From assembly GCA_049510745.1 (NCBI GenBank), contig JBEKYR010000012.1, positions 74,208 through 138,207 of the forward strand: a stretch of 64,000 nucleotides of DNA, in the 5' to 3' direction. The DNA is from Verrucomicrobiota bacterium. GTDB lineage: Bacteria; Verrucomicrobiota; Verrucomicrobiia; Limisphaerales; Palsa-1400. The notes under the pieces are model-generated. The model made no database searches, had not been told where the DNA came from, and saw nothing but the letters and a program-made list of their open reading frames with translations. Both the position numbers and the translations under genes were made by a program. The first letter of the stretch is position 1. Each line of letters opens with the position of its first letter. Shown here one piece after another: positions 10,776 through 20,855 of this stretch.

Positions 10776-11329
10776 TCCTTCTCCTCCCGCCAGCGGGGCA
10801 CCAGCGAGTGGCTGATGCCGAGATGATCGAGCACCCGCCCCACCACGGAATCGACGAGTTGCTCGATGGTGGCGGGCCGGTGATAAAAGGAGGGGTTGGC
10901 GGGAAGAATCGTGGCGCCGGCCAGCAGCAGCAGCTCAAAATTCCGGACATGCACCAGGTTCAACGGGGTTTCGCGCGGCACCAGGATGAGTTTCTTCTTT
11001 TCCTTCAAGACAACGTCGGCGGCGCGCAGCAAAAGGTCCTCGCTGATTCCGTGCGCGATGCGGCCCAGCGTGCCCATGGTGCAGGGGATGACCACCATCG
11101 CGTCCGGCGGATTGGAGCCGCTGGCAAAGGGGGCGTTCATGCTGCGCAAGCCGTGGGTGAAAGCGCCTTCGGGCAGGCGCAGCCCGCCGGGCAGTTCTTC
11201 CGCCAGCACGGCCTGGGCGTAGTGGCTGAGGACGACGTGGATTTCGTGCCGGCGCGGGTCCAAATGGTCCAGCAGCCTTTGGGCGTAGAGCGCCCCGCTG
11301 GCTCCGGTGATGGCGACGAGAATCCGCAC
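10772..11329 (-). CDS. ubiX: Flavin prenyltransferase UbiX
   Basis: GTG start, RILVAITGASGA, ASGS, PCTMGTL, RAADVVLKE, PRETP motifs. Confidence 0.93.
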   Translation of the reverse strand: MRILVAITGASGALYAQRLLDHLDPRRHEIHVVLSHYAQAVLAEELPGGLRLPEGAFTHGLRSMNAPFASGSNPPDAMVVIPCTMGTLGRIAHGISEDLLLRAADVVLKEKKKLILVPRETPLNLVHVRNFELLLLAGATILPANPSFYHRPATIEQLVDSVVGRVLDHLGISHSLVPRWREEKD

Positions 11330-11334
11330 AAACT

Positions 11335-12195
11335 CTATCCGTTGAGGCCGCGCAAATAGGCCAGGACCAGCTCCGGCAGATCGGCGCTGTAGCCGCCTTC
11401 CAAAACGCTGAAGGCCGGGACCTGCAATTGCCGCACGCTCTCCCCCAGCCAATAATAATCTTCCGCCTCCAGCGTCCCGTGCGCCAGGGGATCGCCCCGG
11501 TAGGCGTCAAACCCCGCCGAGACCGCGACCAAATCGGGGCGGAAGTTTTTCAACTCGCCCAAGGCGCGCGCGAGGATGGCGCGGTACTGGTCGCGGGGGA
11601 GATCAGGGCGGACGGGAAAATTAAAACAGTTGCCGCCCCGGTTCCCCTGCCCCGTTCCGGGATAGGCGGGATATTGATGGATGGAAAAAAAGGCCAGCCC
11701 CGGTTTGTCAAGCAAAATATCCTCCGTGCCGTTGCCGTGATGCACGTCGAAATCGAACACCGCCACGCGCCTGGCCCCGGCCGCCTGGGCCTCCAGCGCC
11801 GCGATGGCAATGGAGTTGAGGTAGCAGAACCCCATCGCCCGCTCCGGCGTGGCGTGGTGGCCCGGGGGGCGCAACAGGCTGAAGGCCGCTTGTCCCGCCC
11901 GCGCGGCGGCCAGGGCGCGCAAGGCGCCGCCCACGGAGCGGCGGGCATGGTCGGCAATGCGCGGATAGGCCGGGGTATCGCCGTCGAAATCGTAGGGAAG
12001 CTGCAATTGTTGCAGATGCCGCGGGGTGTGGGCGCGGAGGATGGCGGAGTCGGCGGCGGCCGGAGGCAGTTCCCAGGACAAGGGCAGTTGATCCTGGGCC
12101 TTGAGCCAATCGACCGTCCGGCTGACGCGCTCGGGGCCTTCGGGATGGCCCGGGGCGGAGAACTCCGTGCAGCGGGAATCGGTGATGATCGTCAC
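11335..12195 (-). CDS. Histone deacetylase-family Zn amidohydrolase
   Basis: GHPE, RPPGHHA, MGFCYLN, DFDVHHGNGT, SAGFDA, LEGGY motifs. Confidence 0.92.
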   Translation of the reverse strand: MTIITDSRCTEFSAPGHPEGPERVSRTVDWLKAQDQLPLSWELPPAAADSAILRAHTPRHLQQLQLPYDFDGDTPAYPRIADHARRSVGGALRALAAARAGQAAFSLLRPPGHHATPERAMGFCYLNSIAIAALEAQAAGARRVAVFDFDVHHGNGTEDILLDKPGLAFFSIHQYPAYPGTGQGNRGGNCFNFPVRPDLPRDQYRAILARALGELKNFRPDLVAVSAGFDAYRGDPLAHGTLEAEDYYWLGESVRQLQVPAFSVLEGGYSADLPELVLAYLRGLNG

Positions 12196-12205
12196 AGCCG
12201 GGGCT

Positions 12206-12628
12206 TCAGAGGCGTTTCTCGTCCGCGTCGATGTAATCGACGAAGGTTTGAATATCGTCACGGAGGGCCAGGCCGGACTCTTCCTTGCGCATCTTCAAGC
12301 GCGCCTTGCCGGCGTCGTCGTCGCGTCCGCGATTGAGGACGAAATCGGCAAAGGCCTTTTTCTCCGCCTCGGATTTCTTGACATTGTGGGCGACCCAATC
12401 GGCGACCTGGCCGTCGGTGATGGAGTTTTTGACCACGTCGATAAAGGTGTCGGCGGAAAGGCCGGCGGCTTTGAGCCAGGCGCCGTCAAAGCCCTTGGTG
12501 AAATTCTCCTGGTAGTCCCGGTGGAGTTTGCCGGCCAGATGAAGCCGAATCTTATCGACAAAGCGGGGCAAATAAACCCAGCCGGACATCATTTCGCGCG
12601 GGCTGCGCGGGTAAATAATCGTTTCCAT
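12206..12628 (-). CDS. DUF5069-like protein
   Basis: PRSPRE..GWVYLPRFVDKIRL..AGKL..DY, C-terminal TFVDYIDADEKR. Confidence 0.7.
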   Translation of the reverse strand: METIIYPRSPREMMSGWVYLPRFVDKIRLHLAGKLHRDYQENFTKGFDGAWLKAAGLSADTFIDVVKNSITDGQVADWVAHNVKKSEAEKKAFADFVLNRGRDDDAGKARLKMRKEESGLALRDDIQTFVDYIDADEKRL

Positions 12629-12670
12629 GAGGGCATCTTCTCGCAAGGCGGCCCGGCTGTCAATGCGTCT

Positions 12671-13804
12671 TTAGACGAGCTTCTTGTACTGCCTGGTTTC
12701 CGCCAGCTTTTTGACCAGTTCCTTGACTTTCTGCGCCTGGCTCTTGTGGGCCAGCAAGACGGCGTCGTCGGTCTGCACCAGGATGGCGTCCCGCAGCCCG
12801 ACGACCGCGATGGGGGTGCGGTGGCGGGTCCTGGCGTCAAAAATAATGTTTCGCGCGCCATCGATATGGATGAAGTCTCCGACCGCGCAGTTGCCTTCGG
12901 GGTCGGCTTTGAGGTGGCGGGCCAGGGCGGTCCAGGAACCCACATCGTCCCAGGCAAAGGCGCCGTCGGCCACGACGACGTTGTGAGCGCGCTCCATCAG
13001 GGCGTAGTCGATGGAGATTTTTTTGGTTTCGGGGTATTCCCTGGCCAGGACTTTGGCGAGCCTGGGGGTGCCGGCGGCCTGGAACCAGCGCCGGCAGGCG
13101 GCGGCCAGCTCCGGTTGGTGCATTTCCAACCCCTGCGTGATGGTGACGAAGGACCAGATGAACATCCCGGCGTTCCACCGGTATTGGCCGCTGTTGACGT
13201 ATTCGAGCGCCTTATCAAAGAGCGGTTTTTCCACAAATTGTTCCGCCTTGAAGAACGCTGTTTTGTAAGGCTTGACCCCTTGCGGCGGGGGCAGGAGGTT
13301 GCCGACGCGAATGTAACCGTAGCCCGTGGCCGGCTCGGTGGGTTTGATGCCGATGGTCACAATAACCTGGCCGCGCGCGGCCAGATCAAACGAATCAGCA
13401 AGCACCTGCTGGAATTTTTTCTCCTCCGGAATGACCTGGTCGGCGGGCAGGACGGCCATGACGGCGCTGGTCGAGCGCTGCCCGACAATGGCCGCGCCCA
13501 GGGTGACGGCGGCGCAGGTGTCGCGCCCGATTGGCTCGGCCACGACGTTTTCCCTGGGCAGCCTGGGCAACTGACGACGGACTTCGGGGGCCTGGACGGC
13601 GTTGGTGATGACGAGGATGTTTTTGAGCGGGACCAGCGGCAGGACGCGCTCGACGGCCTGTTGCAAAAAGGAGCGGCCGCCCAGCAGGCTGACCAGTTGT
13701 TTGGGCGTCTTCTCGCGGCTGACGGGCCAGAACCGTTCGCCGCGCCCGCCCGCCATGATGATGACAAAACGGTTGTTGCCGGTTGACTTTGATTGTATTC
13801 TCAT
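12671..13804 (-). CDS. manC: Mannose-1-phosphate guanylyltransferase
   Basis: IMAGGRGERFWPVSR..PKQL, EPIGRDT, PATGYGYI, FVEKP, WNAGMF, SIDYALME, WDDVGSW; start uncertain. Confidence 0.92.
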   Translation of the reverse strand: MRIQSKSTGNNRFVIIMAGGRGERFWPVSREKTPKQLVSLLGGRSFLQQAVERVLPLVPLKNILVITNAVQAPEVRRQLPRLPRENVVAEPIGRDTCAAVTLGAAIVGQRSTSAVMAVLPADQVIPEEKKFQQVLADSFDLAARGQVIVTIGIKPTEPATGYGYIRVGNLLPPPQGVKPYKTAFFKAEQFVEKPLFDKALEYVNSGQYRWNAGMFIWSFVTITQGLEMHQPELAAACRRWFQAAGTPRLAKVLAREYPETKKISIDYALMERAHNVVVADGAFAWDDVGSWTALARHLKADPEGNCAVGDFIHIDGARNIIFDARTRHRTPIAVVGLRDAILVQTDDAVLLAHKSQAQKVKELVKKLAETRQYKKLV

Positions 13805-13891
13805 ATTGATGAATTCACCATAGTGCATTCAATTTGGCGGTCAAAGCGAAAGAGGCAGCGGTAGTTCTAATTCGGGGAATTATATACATCG

Positions 13892-14302
13892 TTACCCTAA
13901 GCCTTGATTTTTTGCGCGTGTCTCGGCGGCTTTTAAGCCAGCGAGCCGCCACTTGCGGCGGAAAGAAGTTTGCCGTTTTTTGCGACTCAAGGCCGCCTTT
14001 ATACCGGCATCCTTCATGCGTTTTGACCACTTGACCACTTTTGGGCGATCGCGCATTTCGATGATTGTAGCTGTTGAGATCAAGTCGAGATCATGCATCT
14101 TGTGGCAATTAGGGCAGAGGATGACTAGGTTTGATGCTGCGCTATTGGCTCGATTTCCGTCAATGTGGGCCACTTCCAGAACGTCTTTAATTCCGAATCC
14201 GCAATGAGCGCACAAGGCGGGATAGGTTGCGAAGGCCAACTTGCGGTAATTGACGCGCTTGGCACTCACGTTACTTGGAGAATTTGTATATTCATAAGTC
14301 AT
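13892..14302 (-). CDS. HNH endonuclease (Zn-binding CxxC...CxxC type)
   Basis: CAHCG...LEVAHIDGNRANSAASNLVILCPNCHKMHD; basic C-terminal tail; stop codon lies inside the left IR. Confidence 0.88.
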   Translation of the reverse strand: MTYEYTNSPSNVSAKRVNYRKLAFATYPALCAHCGFGIKDVLEVAHIDGNRANSAASNLVILCPNCHKMHDLDLISTATIIEMRDRPKVVKWSKRMKDAGIKAALSRKKRQTSFRRKWRLAGLKAAETRAKNQGLG

Positions 14303-15153
14303 TGACTAGTATTATGTTGTGAACGTTTATCCTCTTGCTCTCTGAGTTTACTGCAATCTTCTTCCCATTGTTTCTCGGCTTGCCGCGACTTTTCGAACGC
14401 TTCGTCTATTTCTTTGTAAATATCGGCGATAACTCTCTCGTATGCTTGCGTTCTAGCCACTCCAAGTTGATTGTTTTCGGCGTTAAGTTTTTTGCAAATT
14501 CGTTCCGTGAAGTGATTCGGGAATGGCATGGTGCGTTTTCGACCACGCTCTACAACCGCAACGCTGACAGGGCCACCGCAAAAAGCGTCAATGCCCTTGA
14601 CGTGCTCAATTGTATCTATCGCCAAAGTCAGCCCTGTTTGCCATGTCATGCGGCTGGCGTCTATTTGACTGAGAAAGAACTTCGATATTCTAGAGGCAAT
14701 TCCAATCGCCGCAAATCGGGAACACGGCTGGGCTTGGGCCGTGATTGAGTCAATGGTATAAAGATAGGCTTTATACCTGTAAAAATGGGCGATCATCAAT
14801 TGAAAAAAATTCTCGTCTCGTTCAAATAAAGCCCGCTGCCGATCTTCTGGCATGTCTGGAAGATTATATAAGCCCAACACATTACGATGGAAATTTTTGA
14901 TTGATTTTTGTGCTAAATTTACCGCTGCCCATTCGCTATCTAGGGATTTGCCATTAGCCTCTCTTTTAATGTCATCAATAACCCGGAAGGCAGGCGCAAT
15001 TCCACCACAGAATGCAATCAAAGCCCCATTATCTTCAAAATCAATGCTGTATATTTTCAACGCATCGAGTTCTTTCATGCTGCCAGCGGTCGCTTGACTC
15101 TCTCCCGCCATGACAACCGTATCTTTACAGATGACACCCACAATCTGGCTCAT
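14299..15153 (-). CDS. Proteasome beta-subunit-like Ntn hydrolase (predicted Ser1 nucleophile) with a charged helical C-terminal extension
   Basis: GGAGG RBS before ATG 15153; SQIVGVICKDTVVMAGESQAT..LKI, LYTID, AAIG, MTWQTGLTLAIDTI, DAFCGGPVSVAVV are collinear with proteasome beta motifs. Confidence 0.75.
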   Translation of the reverse strand: MSQIVGVICKDTVVMAGESQATAGSMKELDALKIYSIDFEDNGALIAFCGGIAPAFRVIDDIKREANGKSLDSEWAAVNLAQKSIKNFHRNVLGLYNLPDMPEDRQRALFERDENFFQLMIAHFYRYKAYLYTIDSITAQAQPCSRFAAIGIASRISKFFLSQIDASRMTWQTGLTLAIDTIEHVKGIDAFCGGPVSVAVVERGRKRTMPFPNHFTERICKKLNAENNQLGVARTQAYERVIADIYKEIDEAFEKSRQAEKQWEEDCSKLREQEDKRSQHNTSQ

Positions 15154-15385
15154 TGGCACCCTCCATTTCTTAAAAAAGGGCGGCGGCTTTGGTTGCGGAA
15201 ACCTGTAAGGAGTGAATGGACGTTTTTAACGGAGTCATTCATACCGCCAATGGTAAACGCTGGAATCGCTGCGACAAGACTGAATATCTGATAGCGGGGC
15301 ATTATTCATCGCAACACACTAATCCGCAGCGACTTCCGCAGAGGTAACGTTGTATATAATTCCCCTAATTTGAATTGCGGTTAGC

Positions 15386-15841
15386 TCATGCTTCAGGCTG
15401 CCATTCCGTTTCCGCAAATATGGTGTAAAGAAGACTCTGCCCGCTGTCTATTGCCATCCCTTCCAGCCGGGAGGAGATAACCACATTGAGAAACCTGCTC
15501 AGAGCGAAAGGGGTGTGTCGCTCATCGACGGAGATGATTTGCGCCAACTTGTTCGCAGAAAGGCAAGCCAGAATGCGGTAATACTCCTCTAATGCAGGCG
15601 CATCCGCGAGCGCCTGTGGATGGGCGAACACTTCGCTGGGTACGAAGTCAAGGAGTTGCGCGGTCTGGCGAGCCAGATTGGAAATGCAAAGTTCATCCCA
15701 ATCCCAAACAAGGTTTCTCCACATTGCGCGCTGGGCTATCTCTCGCAGTTGCTCAAACCGGGATGCTTGGATGCAGTGCCAGAAACTGCGAGACCGCGCC
15801 AGGAATTGCTCCTGGAGCGCAGAGGTAATGTCTTGAGTCAT
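15386..15841 (-). CDS. Hypothetical protein, possibly the N-terminal part of an XcyI-like restriction endonuclease
   Basis: ATGA overlap with the trpA stop; WDWDELCIS..VFAHPQAL..YYRILACLS is reminiscent of XcyI-family N-termini (recalled, not searched). Confidence 0.45.
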   Translation of the reverse strand: MTQDITSALQEQFLARSRSFWHCIQASRFEQLREIAQRAMWRNLVWDWDELCISNLARQTAQLLDFVPSEVFAHPQALADAPALEEYYRILACLSANKLAQIISVDERHTPFALSRFLNVVISSRLEGMAIDSGQSLLYTIFAETEWQPEA

Positions 15842-16653
15842 ATCTCTTCTGCTGGAATGCCTTTCACCGCTCTGGCCAGCCCAGCGGCGAAGCCGCTGAC
15901 GCGGGCGGGCAGATCGGTGTCGCGGCCATGCAGGGCGATTTGGTTGACGATGGCGCTGCCCACGACCACTGCGTCGGCGTTTTCCGCCACCTGGCGCGCT
16001 TGTTCGGGGGTGGAAATGCCAAAGCCGACGGCCACGGGCAAGCTGGTGTGGGCGCGGATTTTGGCGGTCATCTCGCCGATGGTTTCGGAAACTTTCTTTT
16101 GCATCCCGGTGACGCCCTCGCGGGAGACGTAGTAGATAAAGCCGGCGCCGCGCCGGACGATGAGTTCGATGCGGGAGTCGGGCGTGGTGGGCGCGACCAG
16201 GTAGATGGCGCAAAGGCCCGCCCTGGTCATGAGCGCCTCGTAATTCTCCGATTCCTCCGGCGGCAAATCGAGCACCAGCAGGCCGTCCACGCCGGCGGCG
16301 GCGGCGGCGGCCACGAATTTCTCCAAGCCGTGGCGGTGGATGAGGTTGAAATAGATGTAGAGAACGATGGGGATTTGGGAATCGCGGCGGATGGCGGCGA
16401 CGGTTTGCAGGACTTTGACGGGCGTAGTGCCCGACTCCAGCCCGCGTTGGGCCGCCAACTGGTTGACCAGGCCGTCGGCGAGGGGATCGCTGAAGGGCAC
16501 GCCCAGTTCGAGAACATCGACGCCGGCTTGATCGAGGGCCAGGGCCAGGCGGCGGGTCATTTCGAGGTTGGGATCGCCCGCGCCGATATAGACAATGAAC
16601 CCTTTTTGTCCGTCTCTCTTCAGCCGCGCAAATCGTTCTGCGATGCGGTTCAT
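15838..16653 (-). CDS. trpA: Tryptophan synthase alpha chain
   Basis: YIGAGDP, LELGVPFSDPLADG, LVAPTT, YYVSREGVTG, VGFGIS, VVVGSAIV. Confidence 0.97.
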   Translation of the reverse strand: MNRIAERFARLKRDGQKGFIVYIGAGDPNLEMTRRLALALDQAGVDVLELGVPFSDPLADGLVNQLAAQRGLESGTTPVKVLQTVAAIRRDSQIPIVLYIYFNLIHRHGLEKFVAAAAAAGVDGLLVLDLPPEESENYEALMTRAGLCAIYLVAPTTPDSRIELIVRRGAGFIYYVSREGVTGMQKKVSETIGEMTAKIRAHTSLPVAVGFGISTPEQARQVAENADAVVVGSAIVNQIALHGRDTDLPARVSGFAAGLARAVKGIPAEEI

Positions 16654-16702
16654 CGGAGGTAAAAAGGTGGGCGGTGGCTGCGGCCAGCCCGGCGGCGAGG
16701 CC

Positions 16703-17116
16703 TTAGTGGTGGCGGCGGCGGCGTTTGACGGTGATCTGGGCCAGGGAATTGGCCAGGGCGGCGTGGACGGTCGCGGCCTCTTCGTCATCGAGTTGGTCGG
16801 CCAGGCGGGCTTCGGCCCGGCGCCGGGCTTCCTCGGCTTTGGTTTCGTCAATTTGCTCGGCCGGGATGGCCATGTCGGTCAACACCGCCACGTGGTCGCC
16901 CGTGATTTCGACAAAGCCGTCGCCGACGGCGAGGTAGAATTCCTGCCCGTCCTTGCGCACGACGATTTCGCCGGCGACCAATTGAGTCATCAAGGGGACG
17001 TGGTTGGGATAAACGCCCATCTCGCCTTCCGCGCCCGGCAAGGTGACCATCTCGACTTGATCGGAGAAGGCCTGGGAGTCGGGCGTGACGATTTCAAGCT
17101 GGAGTGTGTTCGCCAT
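16703..17116 (-). CDS. atpC: F1F0 ATP synthase epsilon subunit
   Basis: LEIVTPD, PGAEGEMGVYPNHVP, C-terminal helix hairpin. Confidence 0.96.
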   Translation of the reverse strand: MANTLQLEIVTPDSQAFSDQVEMVTLPGAEGEMGVYPNHVPLMTQLVAGEIVVRKDGQEFYLAVGDGFVEITGDHVAVLTDMAIPAEQIDETKAEEARRRAEARLADQLDDEEAATVHAALANSLAQITVKRRRRHH

Positions 17117-18590
<1,474 letters not shown>

Positions 18591-18652
18591 GGGCGCATTG
18601 CGTAACTTTGCGCTTTGAATTTGGGCCGGTTGCCGCCATTTTGGCGGTTGAC

Positions 18653-19441
18653 ATGAAGAAACTATTTCGCACCGCTCTCCTGGCGCTGGCGGCGGCCGCG
18701 GTGACGGGTTGCGCGTCCAAGACCAGGGTGCCTTACCACGCGGGCGATGAGGCCCCGCCCGATTTTCTGGCGGGTCCGGTGGCGGTCTTGCTCACGAACT
18801 TCGAGGGCTTTAGCGCCAGTCTGACCGCGTCGCTGCCCCGGCGCACCGGCGAGCAACGCTTCGTTTCCGGCGACCTGCTGGAACGGGAAGGGCGGCTGAT
18901 CTTCCAGCCCTCGACCGCCGTCAAGGGCAAACGCAAGCGCAGCGAAGGGGGGATGTTTTTCATCTGGCACGAGGACAGGAACGCGGGTTTTGTCTTGAGC
19001 GATCCGTTGCAGGCCTACGCGCAGATCGCGTGCAGCGTCCAGGTGACCAACCTGGTCTGGAAAACCAGCGGCGCGGTCGCGGAGGCGGCGGGCGGGCATC
19101 CGTGCCGGCGGGTCGAGGCCGTGGTCGAGTCCAGCGACGGTTTGTCGGCGCGGTATCTGGTCTGGCAGGCGGAGGACGCCAAATGGTTTCCGGTGCGGAT
19201 TGCGTCGGCGGACGGGGTGCGGGGGTTGACGCTGGATTTCACCAATATCCGGCTGGAACTGCCGCCGCCGGAACTATTCTATCCGCCGGACGGCTTTACC
19301 AAGTATGAATCTCCCACTGCCTTGATGAACGAACTGATCGTGCGCCAAAGCACGTACGTGAAGGGGTCGGGCGGGGAGAGGGAAGGAGAACCGGTGCCGG
19401 CGGTCGGTCCCGCAAACTGGCGTCCGGGCCAAGCCCGCTAG
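18653..19441 (+). CDS. Lipoprotein, DUF4412/LolA-like fold suspected
   Basis: MKKLFRTALLALAAAAVTG-C lipobox; GHPCRR and ELFYPPDGFTKY motifs. Confidence 0.6.
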   Translation: MKKLFRTALLALAAAAVTGCASKTRVPYHAGDEAPPDFLAGPVAVLLTNFEGFSASLTASLPRRTGEQRFVSGDLLEREGRLIFQPSTAVKGKRKRSEGGMFFIWHEDRNAGFVLSDPLQAYAQIACSVQVTNLVWKTSGAVAEAAGGHPCRRVEAVVESSDGLSARYLVWQAEDAKWFPVRIASADGVRGLTLDFTNIRLELPPPELFYPPDGFTKYESPTALMNELIVRQSTYVKGSGGEREGEPVPAVGPANWRPGQAR

Positions 19442-19517
19442 TGATGCCGGGGGAGTAATTCAATGAATCAATTCCCGGCGTCCTGTGTCTAAGCAATACT
19501 GAAAAGCTGACTCAACT

Positions 19518-20855
19518 ATGCCAACCAACCAGCCGCCCACTGGGCCGCCTTTACCTCAAGCCAACCCCTCGTCCCGCCCAGCTCCGGAAACTTCCGCGGC
19601 GCCGAAGCCGCGCCGTGGCTTTGGGTTTGTCATCATCGTTGTGGCTGTGCTCTGCGTGGCCGGCCTGGTTTGGCTGGTCAAATACCGCCAGGCCGAAGCG
19701 GCAGCCAAAACGAGCGCCCGCGGGCGGGCCGATATGGCCATTCCCGTCACCGCCGGACGGGTGACGCGCAAGGATGTGCCCATTTACCTGGATGGCCTGG
19801 GGACGGCCCAGGCGTATAACACCGTGACGGTCAAGACGCGTGTCGATGGCCAATTGGTGCGGGTGGCGTTTACGGAGGGGCAGGACGTGCATCCGGGGGA
19901 CTTGCTGGCGCAGATCGATCCACGTCCGTTCAAGGCGGCGCTGGAACAGGCGCAAGCGAAGAAGAAACAAGATGAAGCGCAATTGGCCAACGCCAAAGTG
20001 GATTTGCAGCGCGATCAGGACCTGGTCAAAGACAAGATTGTGACCGAGCAGGCGCTGGCGACCCAACAGTCGCTGGTCGATCAATTGGAGGGAACCGTCC
20101 AGGCCGACCAAGCCGGCATCGACAGCGCCCAGGTGCAACTGGATTACACGACCATCAGCTCGCCGCTGGAGGGCCGGTGCGGCGTGCGCCTGGTTGATCA
20201 GGGCAACATCGTTCATGCCACCGACACCAACGGCTTGGTGGTCATCACCCAATTGCGTCCCATTTTTGTCGTGTTCACCCTGCCGGAGCAAGATGTTGGC
20301 ATCATCTCCCGCCAAATGGCCCAAGGCCCGGTCACTGTTCTGGCCCTGGATCACGACAACAAAACGGTCCTGGACACGGGAACGGTGGCGGTGATGGACA
20401 ACCAGATTGACACCACGACGGGCACGATCAAACTCAAGGCGGCGTTTCCCAACCAGGACCTGCGCCTTTGCCCCGGCCAATTCGTCAATCCGCGCGTCCT
20501 GGTCGAAAAGACCAACGGATTGGTCGTGCCCGAAAACGTCATTCAGCGCGGTCCCGAGGGCGAGTACGTCTTCACCATCGTCGGGCAGGGAAGCAATCTG
20601 ACAGTGAAATTGACGCCGGTGACAGTGGGACGGATGCAAGACGACTGGGCGTTGGTCGCAAAAGGACTGACCAACGGGCAGGAAGTGGTGGTGGACGGGC
20701 AATACCGATTGGAAGACGGATCGAAAGTCAATGTCCAGGATGCCGAGCATCCTGCCGGTTCGGCGGGCGATCTGGGGCACGGCACCCGGCGCGGGAGCGG
20801 CGGCGGAACCAACCACCCGCCGGCCAATCACCCGCCCAAAGAATCCGGCGCGTGA
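19518..20855 (+). CDS. mdtA: RND efflux membrane fusion protein (MdtA-like)
   Basis: TM anchor, VTVKTRVDGQL, LAQIDPRP, GTIKLKA, PGQFV. Confidence 0.9.
   Translation: MPTNQPPTGPPLPQANPSSRPAPETSAAPKPRRGFGFVIIVVAVLCVAGLVWLVKYRQAEAAAKTSARGRADMAIPVTAGRVTRKDVPIYLDGLGTAQAYNTVTVKTRVDGQLVRVAFTEGQDVHPGDLLAQIDPRPFKAALEQAQAKKKQDEAQLANAKVDLQRDQDLVKDKIVTEQALATQQSLVDQLEGTVQADQAGIDSAQVQLDYTTISSPLEGRCGVRLVDQGNIVHATDTNGLVVITQLRPIFVVFTLPEQDVGIISRQMAQGPVTVLALDHDNKTVLDTGTVAVMDNQIDTTTGTIKLKAAFPNQDLRLCPGQFVNPRVLVEKTNGLVVPENVIQRGPEGEYVFTIVGQGSNLTVKLTPVTVGRMQDDWALVAKGLTNGQEVVVDGQYRLEDGSKVNVQDAEHPAGSAGDLGHGTRRGSGGGTNHPPANHPPKESGA

Larger units (their letters stand above)
13875..15364. mobile_element. Non-autonomous IS-derived cassette (IS1595/ISNwi1-like ends) with two passenger genes and no transposase
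   Basis: Left end GGGAATTATATACATCGTTACC (13875-13896) and right end GGTAACGTTGTATATAATTCCC (15343-15364) form a 22-bp IR with 1 mismatch; flanked by CTAATTCG (13867-13874) and CTAATTTG (15365-15372); AT-rich interior. Confidence 0.8.

Noticed and set aside
13867..13896. Reading the cassette ends as Xer dif/pdif sites
   Set aside because: No recognisable XerD arm (TTATGTTAAAT-like); a terminal IR plus 8-bp direct repeat fits a DDE IS end better
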